Source of the DNA: Okeania sp.
Lineage (GTDB): Bacteria > Cyanobacteriota > Cyanobacteriia > Cyanobacteriales > Microcoleaceae
Length of the DNA: 32,000 nucleotides
Direction: 5' to 3'
Assembly (NCBI RefSeq): GCF_035285525.1
Contig: NZ_JAYKGW010000213.1
Location: 1-32,000, forward strand
The position numbers were made by a program, and so were the translations under genes. Of this stretch, positions 17,104-26,220 are shown in pieces. The notes beneath the pieces were generated by a model, which saw nothing but the letters and a program-made list of their open reading frames with translations, made no database searches and was not told where the DNA came from. Position 1 is the stretch's first letter; the number at the start of each line of letters is the position of its first letter.

Positions 17104-17421
17104 TCATTTGTCTTTTTCCGAGTAATTAGGAGGTATGAAAAAACGATATCCAAAATAAATAACACCTCCAAATATTACTATTGTAATTAATAGAGAAACT
17201 AAACTAACAAAAGCTTCTAATATTTTGATGAGAAATATGGGAATAATAATTAATCCGGCAATTTTCCCCCATTGAGGAAGTGTTTTAAACCAGGCTAAGA
17301 AGTCTGCAAAAAAAACTTTAATTGATTTTTTTACATTATCTAAAGAATTGAATGAACTGGAAGCAGAATCATAATTTGGTTCCGAATTTTCTTGAAAGTT
17401 TTTATTTTTGTGATAATTCAT
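17104..17421 (-). CDS. Small hypothetical membrane protein (2 predicted TM helices)
   Basis: ATG at 17421 (MNYHKNKNF...). Hydrophobic stretches are GKIAGLIIIPIFLIKILEAFV and LVSLLITIVIFGGVIYFGY. The upstream part of the track ORF runs into repeat sequence. Confidence 0.55.
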   Translation of the reverse strand: MNYHKNKNFQENSEPNYDSASSSFNSLDNVKKSIKVFFADFLAWFKTLPQWGKIAGLIIIPIFLIKILEAFVSLVSLLITIVIFGGVIYFGYRFFIPPNYSEKDK

Positions 17422-17527
17422 TTGAGAATTATAATATCTAATTGAACAGATGAAATTATAGTATAGCAATCATATTTGATTCCTGTAGAAAATTCAAAAG
17501 CTTTTAGGGAACAGGGAATAGGGAACA

Positions 17528-17785
17528 GTCGTAGGTTGGTTTGAGGAACGAAACCCAACAATAGTCGTAGGTTGGGTTGAGGAACGAAACCCAACAATAG
17601 TAGGTTTAGTCGTAGGTTGGTTTGAGGAACGAAACCCAACAATAGTCGTAGGTTGGGTTGAGGAACGAAACCCAACAATAGTCGTAGGTTGGGTTGAGGA
17701 ACGAAACCCAACAATAGTAGGTTTAGTCGTAGGTTGGGAAGTTCAGCGTTAGGGTTGCGTAGCATGGAACGAAACCCAACCTACG
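17528..17785. repeat. Tandem array of a 36-bp hairpin unit (GTCGTAGGTTGG(G/T)TTGAGGAACGAAACCCAACAATA), 5 full units plus one long terminal variant, with a higher-order 9-nt spacer
   Basis: Units start at 17528, 17564, 17609, 17645 and 17681. GTAGGTTTA spacers follow units 2 and 5. The terminal copy, GTAGGTTGGG...AACCCAACCTAC, looks like the complete ancestral palindromic element. Confidence 0.9.
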
Positions 17786-17806
17786 GCTACTCCCTACCTT
17801 ATAATA

Positions 17807-18409
17807 TTACAAAGGAATTAATTCGGAAAAATTGACTAATAATTGTTCATTATCTAATTCATCCCCTAAACGTGCTGGAGAAAAATGTATTTGAATACCC
17901 CGCAACTTTTCTTGGTAATGCAAATTAATCAAAGCTTTCAACCCTAGAGTCATAGCTCCCATACTCGCAAGATCGGTTTCAATATCTGGCACTTCTCCCT
18001 CGAACGCAACCGTTATCATTACCACTAAATTACCTGTAGGAGGTAAAGTCAAAAGTTCGTTATTTTCTTCGTCATCTTCATTTTCCCCAGAACTTAGGTA
18101 GCGTTGAGCAGAGTCTGTAAACAGTTCATCAAAAAAGTCTCCTGCTTCTCCCTCATCCCAAACAACGTCACCTTCGTTAGCTGCCGATTGCCAGTAGGTA
18201 TCATATTGCAAGAGACTTTGACAGACTTCAACGAGTCTTTCCCCAACTACTTCCAAGTCACCTTCTGATTCAACTGCTTCCCTAACAGCTCTATTCAAAA
18301 CACCCAATAAAGGTGTCACCTCTGAACCTGCTAAGTGTAGAAATAGACGAGAGACAACAAACCTGGTTTTGCCTGTAAATTTTTTGAAGTTATCTTGCCA
18401 AGAAGCCAT
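17807..18409 (-). CDS. Acidic hypothetical protein, possibly DUF1517-like
   Basis: 200 aa starting at an ATG. The layout (helical N-terminus, D/E-rich linker, then VVMITVAFEGEVP...LRGIQIHFSPARLGDELDNEQLLVNFSELIPL) resembles DUF1517 proteins as I recall them. The assignment is tentative. Confidence 0.6.
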   Translation of the reverse strand: MASWQDNFKKFTGKTRFVVSRLFLHLAGSEVTPLLGVLNRAVREAVESEGDLEVVGERLVEVCQSLLQYDTYWQSAANEGDVVWDEGEAGDFFDELFTDSAQRYLSSGENEDDEENNELLTLPPTGNLVVMITVAFEGEVPDIETDLASMGAMTLGLKALINLHYQEKLRGIQIHFSPARLGDELDNEQLLVNFSELIPL

Positions 18410-18486
18410 AATTTTACGTTTGATGATGAGTAGGTATAATTTTACTTACCTGAAAATTGCCATAATGTCAAGAATAGTAGGATATT

Positions 18487-18622
18487 AAACATCTCCAGAA
18501 AAGAGGGAACACTTAACACTTAACCCTGAACAGGTAACCCACCCCTCACCCCTCCCATGAGGGGAAGAATTGATAATTTATGGATAAGAATTGATTTAAT
18601 TTTTCATTTTTGGAGATGTCTA
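18487..18622. mobile_element. MITE family with (T/A)A(G/A)ACATCTCCAGAAAAG ... TTTTGGAGATGTCTA termini, copy 1
   Basis: Termini read directly. The internal GAATTGATAATTTATGGATAAGAATTGATTT block is shared with 28991-29048. Confidence 0.75.
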
Positions 18623-18628
18623 TTTGTT

Positions 18629-18946
18629 ATATCAAATCCGGTAGAATTAAAGCCTGAGTTTTAACCACGAATGGCGATAGGAATTATATTATTAGGACTT
18701 ACGCATGCGAAACCCGGTTTCTACGATAAATCCTGGTTTTGAGCAGTAATAATCTACCCTCGTACGGGGTTTCTGGGTTCATCTGCGTAAGTCCTGATTA
18801 TATCAAAAATCTGCTAGCTTTGGAGAATAAAATTCTACCATCAGAAAAGAGCGAAAAGTCCTAGTATGTAGAGAGTACGGTTCCCGATAAATTGGAGACC
18901 AAACCCCTACAATCTTTAATTCTACCGATACTACCGGATTTGATAT
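18629..18946. mobile_element. ~320-bp MITE-like element (TIR ATATCAAATCCGGTAG..AATTAAAG) carrying a nested AGGACTTACGCA MITE at 18693-18796
   Basis: The left TIR (18629-18652) is the inverted complement of the right TIR (18916-18946). The nested element has TAGGACTTACGCA ... TGCGTAAGTCCTG ends. Confidence 0.75.
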
Positions 18947-19035
18947 TACTCAGAAACCATCAATGGAAGGGAGTTCTATCACTAATTATCCAGAGATGAT
19001 ATAACTCCTTATCCTTCTTGAGTCTTAACTACTCC

Positions 19036-20982
19036 CTAAATATTAATACTCTGGGGAGTTTTAGAAGGCAACAAATACCTGTAAGGTATCCGGTGCAAAT
19101 TTCGCTGCTCAATAGTAACTTCCACCTGTTCCAGATTTTCCTGGAACTTCTCTAATAGAGATTTCACTTGCGCATCTGTAAAATGATCTTTGGGATATTC
19201 ACCCAATCTCGTGTAATAAACAGAACCCAATAAATATGTAAGATTCAATTGATCTTGTGCTTGCTCTAGGGGAGGTAACAAATTCAAATAATCTTCCTCA
19301 GTTACCTCACCTTTAAGAATTGAACTTGGCAAATAACCAGCTAATGGAACCGCTGGAGCATAAGACATTATATCTTTTTGCGGGAAATTAACAGCAGCGT
19401 GTTGAGCGCTAGCAGTAAAAATAATCAACGTCACAGCATCAATTAAATACTTCCGGGTTTTGATACCCCCATCTTCACCAAAATCAGGTACACGGCCTCC
19501 ATCATCAGCCATAACTTCCGCTGCCCAAGCTTGCAGTTCCCGATCTGCCTGAACCTCTTCATCTCTAGAATAATAAAGACTTAAATAATCTGAAACCCAT
19601 TGATGAATAGCATCCCAAACCAACAAAGCATCATCCCGATAAGGATAAACAGGCAACAGTTCCTTATCGTCAACTCCTCGTTGTTGCAGTTGATTTGGTA
19701 ACATAGCTGCATTAAAACCATAACTCTGCAACCCTAATACTGTCAAAACCCGAGCATTATCAATAGTAGCTGAAAGTAAACTATCAACCCCACCTCCAGG
19801 AGCAATCAACCTGTCTTGAGCGCCATCATTAATTGATAAAGTACCTTCAAAATGAGGACGTAACAACATACTTAGGCAATGATTTGGGGGCAGTTGTCGA
19901 TGAGTCGGTGGAATAAATGCTCCCACAAATAAATTAGTTCTGGCTAAATGACTGACTGCCTCGTGAAAATTAGCATCCACTATTTGCACAACCGTTTTAG
20001 CAAATAACCAAGCATACTTAGAAGAGTTGGGAGTAAAAATGGGGTTATCCGTTCCTGGAGTTTGACCGCATTGAATAGCTACAGGAAGTAATTTACGGTT
20101 TGAATCTGAACCTTTGGGCACCGCAAATAAAGCTAGAGGCGCATAAATATACTTTTGTTCTTTGGGGAATGTACCATTAATCGCACCTTCTAAAATTTTA
20201 TAATCTGCTAGATAAAGTCGTCCTTCTGCTCCCGCTGTTTCTAATGAATCATCACTACCCATCACTGCTTGATATTGGGTATTTGTAACCGGAAAACGTT
20301 TGTCAAGATTTGATACCCGCTCAATCATCAGAGGATTATAACCTGCTACTCGCATATAAGCGAATACTTCATCTTCTGTAAAAGTATGAGCGATGCTTGG
20401 TATCCCTCCTGTTTCTGGAAATAGTTCTTTATAGGAGAAAAGTTTTTGATAGTCTTCAAGACTCGTAACATGACCTTCTGGACGTCCTTTCTCTAATACT
20501 GTTCCAACTTCGTTCTTAATATTCTTAAGTATTGACAGACCATTTTCCTTCAGAAGGGAAATCAAGAAGTCATCTATTTCACGAAAATCATTAGGTACTC
20601 CTTGACTTAATAATTGTTGAGTTAATAATAAATTTTGACTCAAAAATAATTGAATAAAAAATGGTAGAGTTTTATTCTCTTTTCCCATTTTCATTGATTT
20701 TATCTGCTCATAAATTACTGCTAAAATATATTCAATCACATCATCTCTGACTCCACGATTTCCTCGATTTCCCCGGTTTGTAATTAGGGTATTTAGAAAT
20801 AGCAAACGTATGTTTTTTACTAATAATAAATACCATTCTTGAGAAGGTTTCTCTCGCTTTGGTAATTTATTCACCATTGCCACAGGAGGAATGTATGTAT
20901 AGTTATATTGATATTCTTGTCTGGCTACTTCTAGACTCGGACTTACTGATGAACAGGTAGTGTTTTTTGATTGGTTAATCAT
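19036..20982 (-). CDS. Lipoxygenase family protein
   Basis: WLFAKTVVQIVDANFHEAVSHLARTNLF supplies the His-x4-His ligands. ASAQHAAVNFPQ supplies the His and Asn ligands. The C-terminus ...QSINI ends in Ile. The ATG at 20982 is preferred to the TTG at 20988. The N-terminal ~200 aa are not PLAT-like. Confidence 0.9.
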   Translation of the reverse strand: MINQSKNTTCSSVSPSLEVARQEYQYNYTYIPPVAMVNKLPKREKPSQEWYLLLVKNIRLLFLNTLITNRGNRGNRGVRDDVIEYILAVIYEQIKSMKMGKENKTLPFFIQLFLSQNLLLTQQLLSQGVPNDFREIDDFLISLLKENGLSILKNIKNEVGTVLEKGRPEGHVTSLEDYQKLFSYKELFPETGGIPSIAHTFTEDEVFAYMRVAGYNPLMIERVSNLDKRFPVTNTQYQAVMGSDDSLETAGAEGRLYLADYKILEGAINGTFPKEQKYIYAPLALFAVPKGSDSNRKLLPVAIQCGQTPGTDNPIFTPNSSKYAWLFAKTVVQIVDANFHEAVSHLARTNLFVGAFIPPTHRQLPPNHCLSMLLRPHFEGTLSINDGAQDRLIAPGGGVDSLLSATIDNARVLTVLGLQSYGFNAAMLPNQLQQRGVDDKELLPVYPYRDDALLVWDAIHQWVSDYLSLYYSRDEEVQADRELQAWAAEVMADDGGRVPDFGEDGGIKTRKYLIDAVTLIIFTASAQHAAVNFPQKDIMSYAPAVPLAGYLPSSILKGEVTEEDYLNLLPPLEQAQDQLNLTYLLGSVYYTRLGEYPKDHFTDAQVKSLLEKFQENLEQVEVTIEQRNLHRIPYRYLLPSKTPQSINI

Positions 20983-21100
20983 GTTCAATAATTTTTTGGT
21001 ATGGTGCTACTTGAATAGGGAATAGGGAACAGTTGAATATTAAGGGGTTTCAGGATGTAGAAATATCCGCGCCCTTTGGTTCTACTGCTATATTAAATTT

Positions 21101-21204
21101 TAGGACTTACAAGGGAGAAACCTGGTTTCTAGGATAAATCCTTGTTTTAAGCAATAGCAGTCTAGGCTTGTAGCGGGTTTCTGGGTTCATCTGCGTCAGT
21201 CCTG
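21101..21204. mobile_element. AGGACTTAC...GTCAGTCCT MITE, copy 4; same subfamily and orientation as 18693-18796
   Basis: The internal sequence GAAACC.GGTTTCTA.GATAAATCC.TGTTTT.AGCA...GGGTTTCTGGGTTCATCTGCGT is shared with the 18.7-kb copy. Confidence 0.85.
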
Positions 21205-21255
21205 AAATTTTTTACCATACTAACATTAATAGGACTTACGCAGAACCCCTATACA

Positions 21256-21360
21256 GTGCTTTCCGTTGCCCGTGAGGGTGTACCCCATGGGTAATATGCC
21301 GACACTATAATATTTCCACCATTTACCCTGTACATTATTCGCCCTCAATCTGCTCTATAT
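21256..21360 (+). repeat. Dispersed ~105-bp repeat, copy 3, preceded by a solo AGGACTTACGCA end at 21231
   Basis: GTGCTTTCCGTTGCCCGTGAGGGTGTACCCCATGGGTAATATGCCGACACTATAATATTTCCACCATTTACCCTGTACATTATTCG. Confidence 0.65.
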
Positions 21361-21501
21361 AAATAAGGGCGAATGGCATTGGCCTCTACAGAGCCTCTAT
21401 ATTTTCATATTTTTTGTAATATCATGTCGGGATAATCAGTTATCAAAAAACTTTTTCCCCTTCAACCTTTCTTTTTCTTCTGCCTTCCTTTGGCTTCAAA
21501 A

Positions 21502-22374
21502 TTAAATATATTTTTGCAACAATAATTCTAACTTTTCTTTAGTTGCCGCAGGTACTTTATCCAAAGGAGTCAAAATAGCATTTTTTAAAGCTGAATGTGA
21601 ATCAGAAACAAACATATTTTCACTCAATCTCCGCACAGTTTCCTGAATAACTTTTTGCGCATTCACCGCATTTTTCTTTAAATTATTCACCACCATTTCT
21701 ACAGTCACGCTATCATGTTCTTCATGCCAACAATCGTAATCTGTAGACAAAGCTAAAGTTGCATAAGCTATTTCCGCTTCCCTTGCTAACTTAGCTTCCG
21801 GTAAATTTGTCATGCCAATAACTGCTGCACCCCAACTGCGATATAAATTTGACTCCGCTTTAGTAGAAAAAGCAGGACCCTCCATGCATAAATAAGTACC
21901 AGTGCGATGTATACTTATATCTGATAAATTCAAACTTTCCGCAGCATCCGCCAGGATTTTTGCTAGTTGAGGACAAGTGGGATTTTCAAAAGTAATGTGT
22001 GCAACTATTCCTTCACCGAAAAAGGTTGATACCCGACTTTTTGTCCGATCAATAAATTGGTCTACCACCACTAAATCTAGGGGTTTAACTTCTTCTTTGA
22101 GAGAACCTACTGCGGAAGCAGATATTAAATATTCCACACCGAGACTTTTCATACCATAGATATTGGCACGAAATGGTAATTCCGATGGTAATAAAGCATG
22201 GTTGCGATCGTGTCTGGGAAGAAAAGCGACTCGTGTTCCTTCTAACGTACCAACAATAAAAGTATCAGAGGGAGAACCGAAAGGTGTATCTACCTTAATC
22301 TCTTCTATATCTTTGAGTGCCTCTATTTTGTATAAACCACTACCGCCAATAATGCCAATCTTTGCTTCTGTCAT
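21502..22374 (-). CDS. mtnP: S-methyl-5'-thioadenosine phosphorylase
   Basis: 290 aa. The motifs [30 protein letters not shown] and [32 protein letters not shown] are typical of MTAP. Confidence 0.9.
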   Translation of the reverse strand: MTEAKIGIIGGSGLYKIEALKDIEEIKVDTPFGSPSDTFIVGTLEGTRVAFLPRHDRNHALLPSELPFRANIYGMKSLGVEYLISASAVGSLKEEVKPLDLVVVDQFIDRTKSRVSTFFGEGIVAHITFENPTCPQLAKILADAAESLNLSDISIHRTGTYLCMEGPAFSTKAESNLYRSWGAAVIGMTNLPEAKLAREAEIAYATLALSTDYDCWHEEHDSVTVEMVVNNLKKNAVNAQKVIQETVRRLSENMFVSDSHSALKNAILTPLDKVPAATKEKLELLLQKYI

Positions 22375-22601
22375 TTCAGTTATCAGTTATTAGTTATTAG
22401 TATCTCCTAGTTTAGTAGGAGGTTTGGAAACCAGAATTTTCTTTTTCATCCCCTCGAAAGGGAATGTTGGAGACCTTGTTTTTTGGCCATGCTTGAGATT
22501 CTTGGTATTCCTTTTAACTCCCCCGGCCGGAAATCCCGCGCTCTCGCCCTTACGGGGGAGCGTCGGGATGAAAGCCTGGCTAGAGTGTTTGGTTTTACTA
22601 T

Positions 22602-22672
22602 TAGACATCTCCAGAAAAGGTTCTCAAAGTCTTACCCCGCCGTTCCCAAATTGGCATTTTTGGAGATGTCTA
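22602..22672. mobile_element. TAGACATCTCCAGAAAAG...TTTTGGAGATGTCTA MITE, short copy
   Basis: Near-perfect terminal inverted repeats read directly. Confidence 0.8.
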
Positions 22673-22753
22673 TTGTCCTGTTTGCTATAGCTATTGACAA
22701 TTATATACACAGCTATTACAACAACTACTTGAGAAATCCTGGTAGATTCGGCC

Positions 22754-23206
22754 ATGCTACTGAAATATAAGTACAAGCTCAAGCCAAATAAGAGTCAAGC
22801 AGTAATTGTATCTAACTGGTTGTCCATGGCTAGAAAACAATATAATTACCGTTTAGCCTTTCAGCTAAACTGGTTTGAAGCCACGCGCACACCAGTAAAC
22901 TTTTGTCCTCTTAATGTTTCAGTAGTACCAGTAGAGCGGATTTATCAAAACATACCAGAGTTTAGAACACAAACCAGGGATGGTAGAAAAAAAGGCAGTG
23001 ATGGCAACCCAATAACGAAGAAAGGGGATAAGCACCCAAATATAATTAATGGTTATGTTTTGTGGCAAAGTGTTCAGCTAGCAGATTTAGCACAAACCAA
23101 AAAACTCTTCCCTGAATACAAGTCGATGCACTCCCAGGTATGGCAAGATGTGATCCAACACGTACCAACTAAGATGGACAACTTGGCAAACTCCCCTACT
23201 TCCTAA
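22754..23206 (+). pseudogene. tnpB: N-terminal fragment (~140 of ~400 aa) of an IS200/IS605-family TnpB (OrfB) RNA-guided nuclease
   Basis: MLLKYKYKLKPNKSQAVIVSNWLSMARKQYNYRL...EYKSMHSQVWQDVIQHV is the characteristic TnpB N-terminus. The RuvC and zinc-finger parts are absent. The sequence diverges after about 23165, and a solo TGCGTAAGTCCTG MITE end follows at 23246-23258. Confidence 0.7.
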
Positions 23207-23317
23207 ATTTAAGCCTTCCTTCTTTCTTATTGCTTTTTTCTTCTTTGCGTAAGTCCTGTTTATCTTAAAAAGAACAGATTTTAAACCTCTAAGAATTAAT
23301 TATCAATTATTAATGAT

Positions 23318-24151
23318 TCAAAGAAGCCAAAATCCACTATAAGTCATTCCCGAATCATCGGGTTGCACTAATAAAAAATGTAACCCCTGAGTTGGCTCTT
23401 TTCTCTCCTCATAAACTTGACCTGCTGCCGATACTTCTCTATCTGAAAAAGTAGCAACTACCCACCTATCTACTAACCCTGTCTCTAAAATTAATCCATC
23501 AGGTTCCCCAGGAATATAATTTAAAAGATATGGTTCGGCAGTTTCTAACCATCTAGCTAATCTCATAGACTGACGACCGCCATCTATAACTACTCCTGGT
23601 ACTGGCAATATTGAAGATAATCCCAAATTCAAAGGTAACAGAAATTCTGGCGCTCCCAAAATAGGTATGGGGCGTTCCATAATATCCTGAATATTACCAG
23701 CAGGCAAAGAAGCAAACCTCCAGCGATCGCCCCACAAATTTTCCGCTAATGGTACTGGTGGAGGAACATCTAACAATAAGGGGTTGTAAAATTCTCCATT
23801 ATATGCTTCCATCTCCTGATATTTTTCTGCTCTTTCGAGTAACCATTGTTTTAAAGCGGTTGTTCGTCTAGTTGGTTGGACTTTCAGCCCTAAAGTTTGA
23901 GCAGCAGTTTCGATTAACCCCAAACATTGAGGTCGAAATACTTGAATGATATTTGGTAAACTTTGGTCTTGAGCTAATTTTTGCAGTTGTGCCACAACCC
24001 AGTTAGCGTTAACTTCTGACTGGGGACACATAGCCATAAATTCTAAGTTACGATTGGGAGTACAAATTAATAATTCCCATAATTTTTGGCCTTGTTTATC
24101 CTGGAGGGGGCGACGGTAATAATCTATTTGCCAGATAGTTTTAGTATCCAT
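23318..24151 (-). CDS. Tab2/ATAB2-family RNA-binding protein (DUF1092)
   Basis: 277 aa. The N-terminus WQIDYYRRPLQDKQGQKLWELLICTP matches the conserved Tab2 start as I recall it. Confidence 0.7.
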   Translation of the reverse strand: MDTKTIWQIDYYRRPLQDKQGQKLWELLICTPNRNLEFMAMCPQSEVNANWVVAQLQKLAQDQSLPNIIQVFRPQCLGLIETAAQTLGLKVQPTRRTTALKQWLLERAEKYQEMEAYNGEFYNPLLLDVPPPVPLAENLWGDRWRFASLPAGNIQDIMERPIPILGAPEFLLPLNLGLSSILPVPGVVIDGGRQSMRLARWLETAEPYLLNYIPGEPDGLILETGLVDRWVVATFSDREVSAAGQVYEERKEPTQGLHFLLVQPDDSGMTYSGFWLL

Positions 24152-24484
24152 TTATTTTGAAGGAAGAGAGAAGAAGCCAAAATAATTATAAAGGATAGCC
24201 TAGTAGTCAATTGTTTCAATTAGAATAATTAGTTATATTTTTAGGCAAGAGAAAATAGACCTCGCTAATCAGAAACCCCGTTTTTTGAAAAAACCGGGTT
24301 TGTAGCCCCACAAGCTCAAATAAATCTAAAACGAATTTCTCTATAACTCTGATTCCTCCTAAATTCCCATCCTGGGAGGGGTTAGAGGTAGGTTTACTCC
24401 CTACTCCCTACTCTCTACCTCCACCATCAGAATTTCCATACGCAAACCCTAATTAATTTCCACCCGTTCAACTGTGCCATTTTT

Positions 24485-24608
24485 TTATAGCAATGAGCAC
24501 TGGTATATTTACAAATCTCAGGAGTTGTCCAATAGCTAAAAGCCTTATATTATCGGCGATTCATTCTCCCTGTTCCCACCTTCTGTGTTCCCTCTTCCCT
24601 GCACGCAG
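24485..24608 (+). repeat. ~125-bp dispersed repeat, left member of an inverted pair with 26727-26855
   Basis: TTATAGCAATGAGCACTGGTATATTTACAAATCTCAGGAGTTGTCCAATAGCTAAAAGCCTTATATTAT... aligns with the reverse complement of 26727-26855. Confidence 0.75.
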
Positions 24609-24873
24609 CATTATACATTGTTCTTTATGAGTGGCAGAGTGACGATTTTCTTCTTTTTTAGTCATATATTAGGGCTAATTTTTAGATTGCAATTTTTTAT
24701 TGGATGGTGTTTTCAAATTTTCGTAACTTACAGTGGTTTTCTTGTCAGTAGACCACCTTCCCTATTAGCAGTCTAATATTATGCTTAGTTGAATAGTTAC
24801 ACTGCTAGAGGTAAACTCTTTAGAGATTTTCGTTAAAATTAACCAAATATTAACCTATTGTTAATTGAATCCT

Positions 24874-26139
24874 ATGATTAATCCTACCTTGAGTCAATTT
24901 GGTACAACAATGTCCCGCCTTACGGGTGTGCGAGCTATTATGGCAGATATTATTGCTACTCTACGAGCAGGCCAAGGTCAGGAATTTCTCAATTTTAGTT
25001 CTGGAAATCCTTTGGTTTTGCCAGAGGTAGAAAAATTGTGGAGAGATACTACCACAAAGTTATTAGCAAGTCAAGAATATGGAGAAGTTGTAGGACGTTA
25101 CGGTTCGTCTCAGGGCTATCAACCTTTTATTGATGCAGTGGTTAATGATTTTAATTATCGCTATGGATTGAGTTTGAGCGATCGCAATGTTTTAATTACT
25201 CCAGGTTCTCAGTCTATATATTTTTATGCTGCTAATGCTTTTGGTGGATATACTAAGGACCAAATTCTGAAAAAAATTGTCCTACCTCTGAGTCCAGACT
25301 ATACGGGTTATGGCGGAGTTAGTTTTACCCCAGAGGCAGTGGTGGCCTACAAACCAACTCTGGATATTGATTTTGAGGGTAATCGCTTCAAATATTGTCC
25401 TGACTTTAGTCAATTGGTGATTGATGAGAATACTGGTTGTGTGATTTTTTCTCGTCCTTGTAATCCTACTGGAAATGTAATTAGTGCTGATGAGGTCAAG
25501 AAAATTGCCCATCAAGCTGCTATTTATAATGTGCCAGTATTTGTGGACGCTGCTTATGCTCCTCCTTATCCAGGGTTAAATTTTGTGGAGATGGAACCTG
25601 TTTTTGGCGAAAATATTGTACACTGTCTGAGTTTATCAAAGGCTGGACTTCCCGGAGAAAGAATTGGCATTGCTATTGGAGATGAAGGAATAATTCAGGT
25701 TTTGCAGGCGTTTCAGACTAATATGTGTATTCATTCTCCTCGTTATGGACAGGCGATCGCTACTGATGCAATTAATTCTGGCGCTTTGGCTGAAATTTCT
25801 AGTCAAGTAATTCGACCTTTTTATCAAAATAAATTTTCGATTTTAGAATCAACTTTAGAAAGAGCTTTGCCGAAAAATTTACCCTGGTTTCTCCATCGTT
25901 TTGAGGGAGCTATTTTTGCTTGGTTGTGGTTAAAGGGTTTACCCATGACTGATTGGGAGTTTTACCAAAAGTTGAAAGAAGTGGGAGTTATTGTTGTACC
26001 TGGTAGTTCATTTTTCCCTGGTTTAAGAGAAGAATGGGTTCATAAACAAGAGTGTATTCGGATTAGTTTGACAGCTTCTGATGAGGATATTCAAGAAGGA
26101 ATGAAACGTTTGGCGAAGATGGTAATTTCTATTTTTTAA
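24874..26139 (+). CDS. avtA: Class I/II aminotransferase, valine-pyruvate transaminase (AvtA)-like
   Basis: The N-terminus LSQFGTTMSRLTGVRAIMADI parallels the E. coli AvtA start. The PLP-lysine motif is SLSKAGLPGERIGIAIG. The ATG at 24874 is preferred over the TTG at 24865. Confidence 0.8.
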   Translation: MINPTLSQFGTTMSRLTGVRAIMADIIATLRAGQGQEFLNFSSGNPLVLPEVEKLWRDTTTKLLASQEYGEVVGRYGSSQGYQPFIDAVVNDFNYRYGLSLSDRNVLITPGSQSIYFYAANAFGGYTKDQILKKIVLPLSPDYTGYGGVSFTPEAVVAYKPTLDIDFEGNRFKYCPDFSQLVIDENTGCVIFSRPCNPTGNVISADEVKKIAHQAAIYNVPVFVDAAYAPPYPGLNFVEMEPVFGENIVHCLSLSKAGLPGERIGIAIGDEGIIQVLQAFQTNMCIHSPRYGQAIATDAINSGALAEISSQVIRPFYQNKFSILESTLERALPKNLPWFLHRFEGAIFAWLWLKGLPMTDWEFYQKLKEVGVIVVPGSSFFPGLREEWVHKQECIRISLTASDEDIQEGMKRLAKMVISIF

Positions 26140-26220
26140 AAAGGCAACAGGGAACCCACCCCTATAGTGAATAATTTATTGATGATAATTGATTTTACTT
26201 TATATTATGACTCAAGCTGA

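Noticed and set aside
17418-17765. 115-aa ORF with LLLGFVPQPNLR repeats
   Set aside because: It is the translation of the 36-bp tandem hairpin array. Its periodicity comes from the DNA repeat.
17528-17785. Possible CRISPR array (also considered for 101-268)
   Set aside because: The repeats are directly adjacent or separated by an identical 9-nt filler. There are no unique spacers, no leader and no cas genes in the window.
22390-22770. Three overlapping ORFs (72-95 aa) between mtnP and the TnpB fragment
   Set aside because: The region is a mosaic of MITE/STRR sequence, including the TAGACATCTCC...GGAGATGTCTA element. The ORFs overlap each other on both strands.
24585-24776. 63-aa ORF upstream of avtA
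   Set aside because: It starts inside the 125-bp dispersed repeat. The sequence is F/L-rich and AT-driven with no ribosome-binding site.
25282-25827. Two antisense ORFs inside avtA. Similar shadow ORFs occur at 7502-7687, 15104-15289, 16451-16708, 21977-22393, 29327-29572 and 30231-30419.
   Set aside because: All are embedded in, or overlap, well-supported longer genes in other frames or strands and have no independent support.
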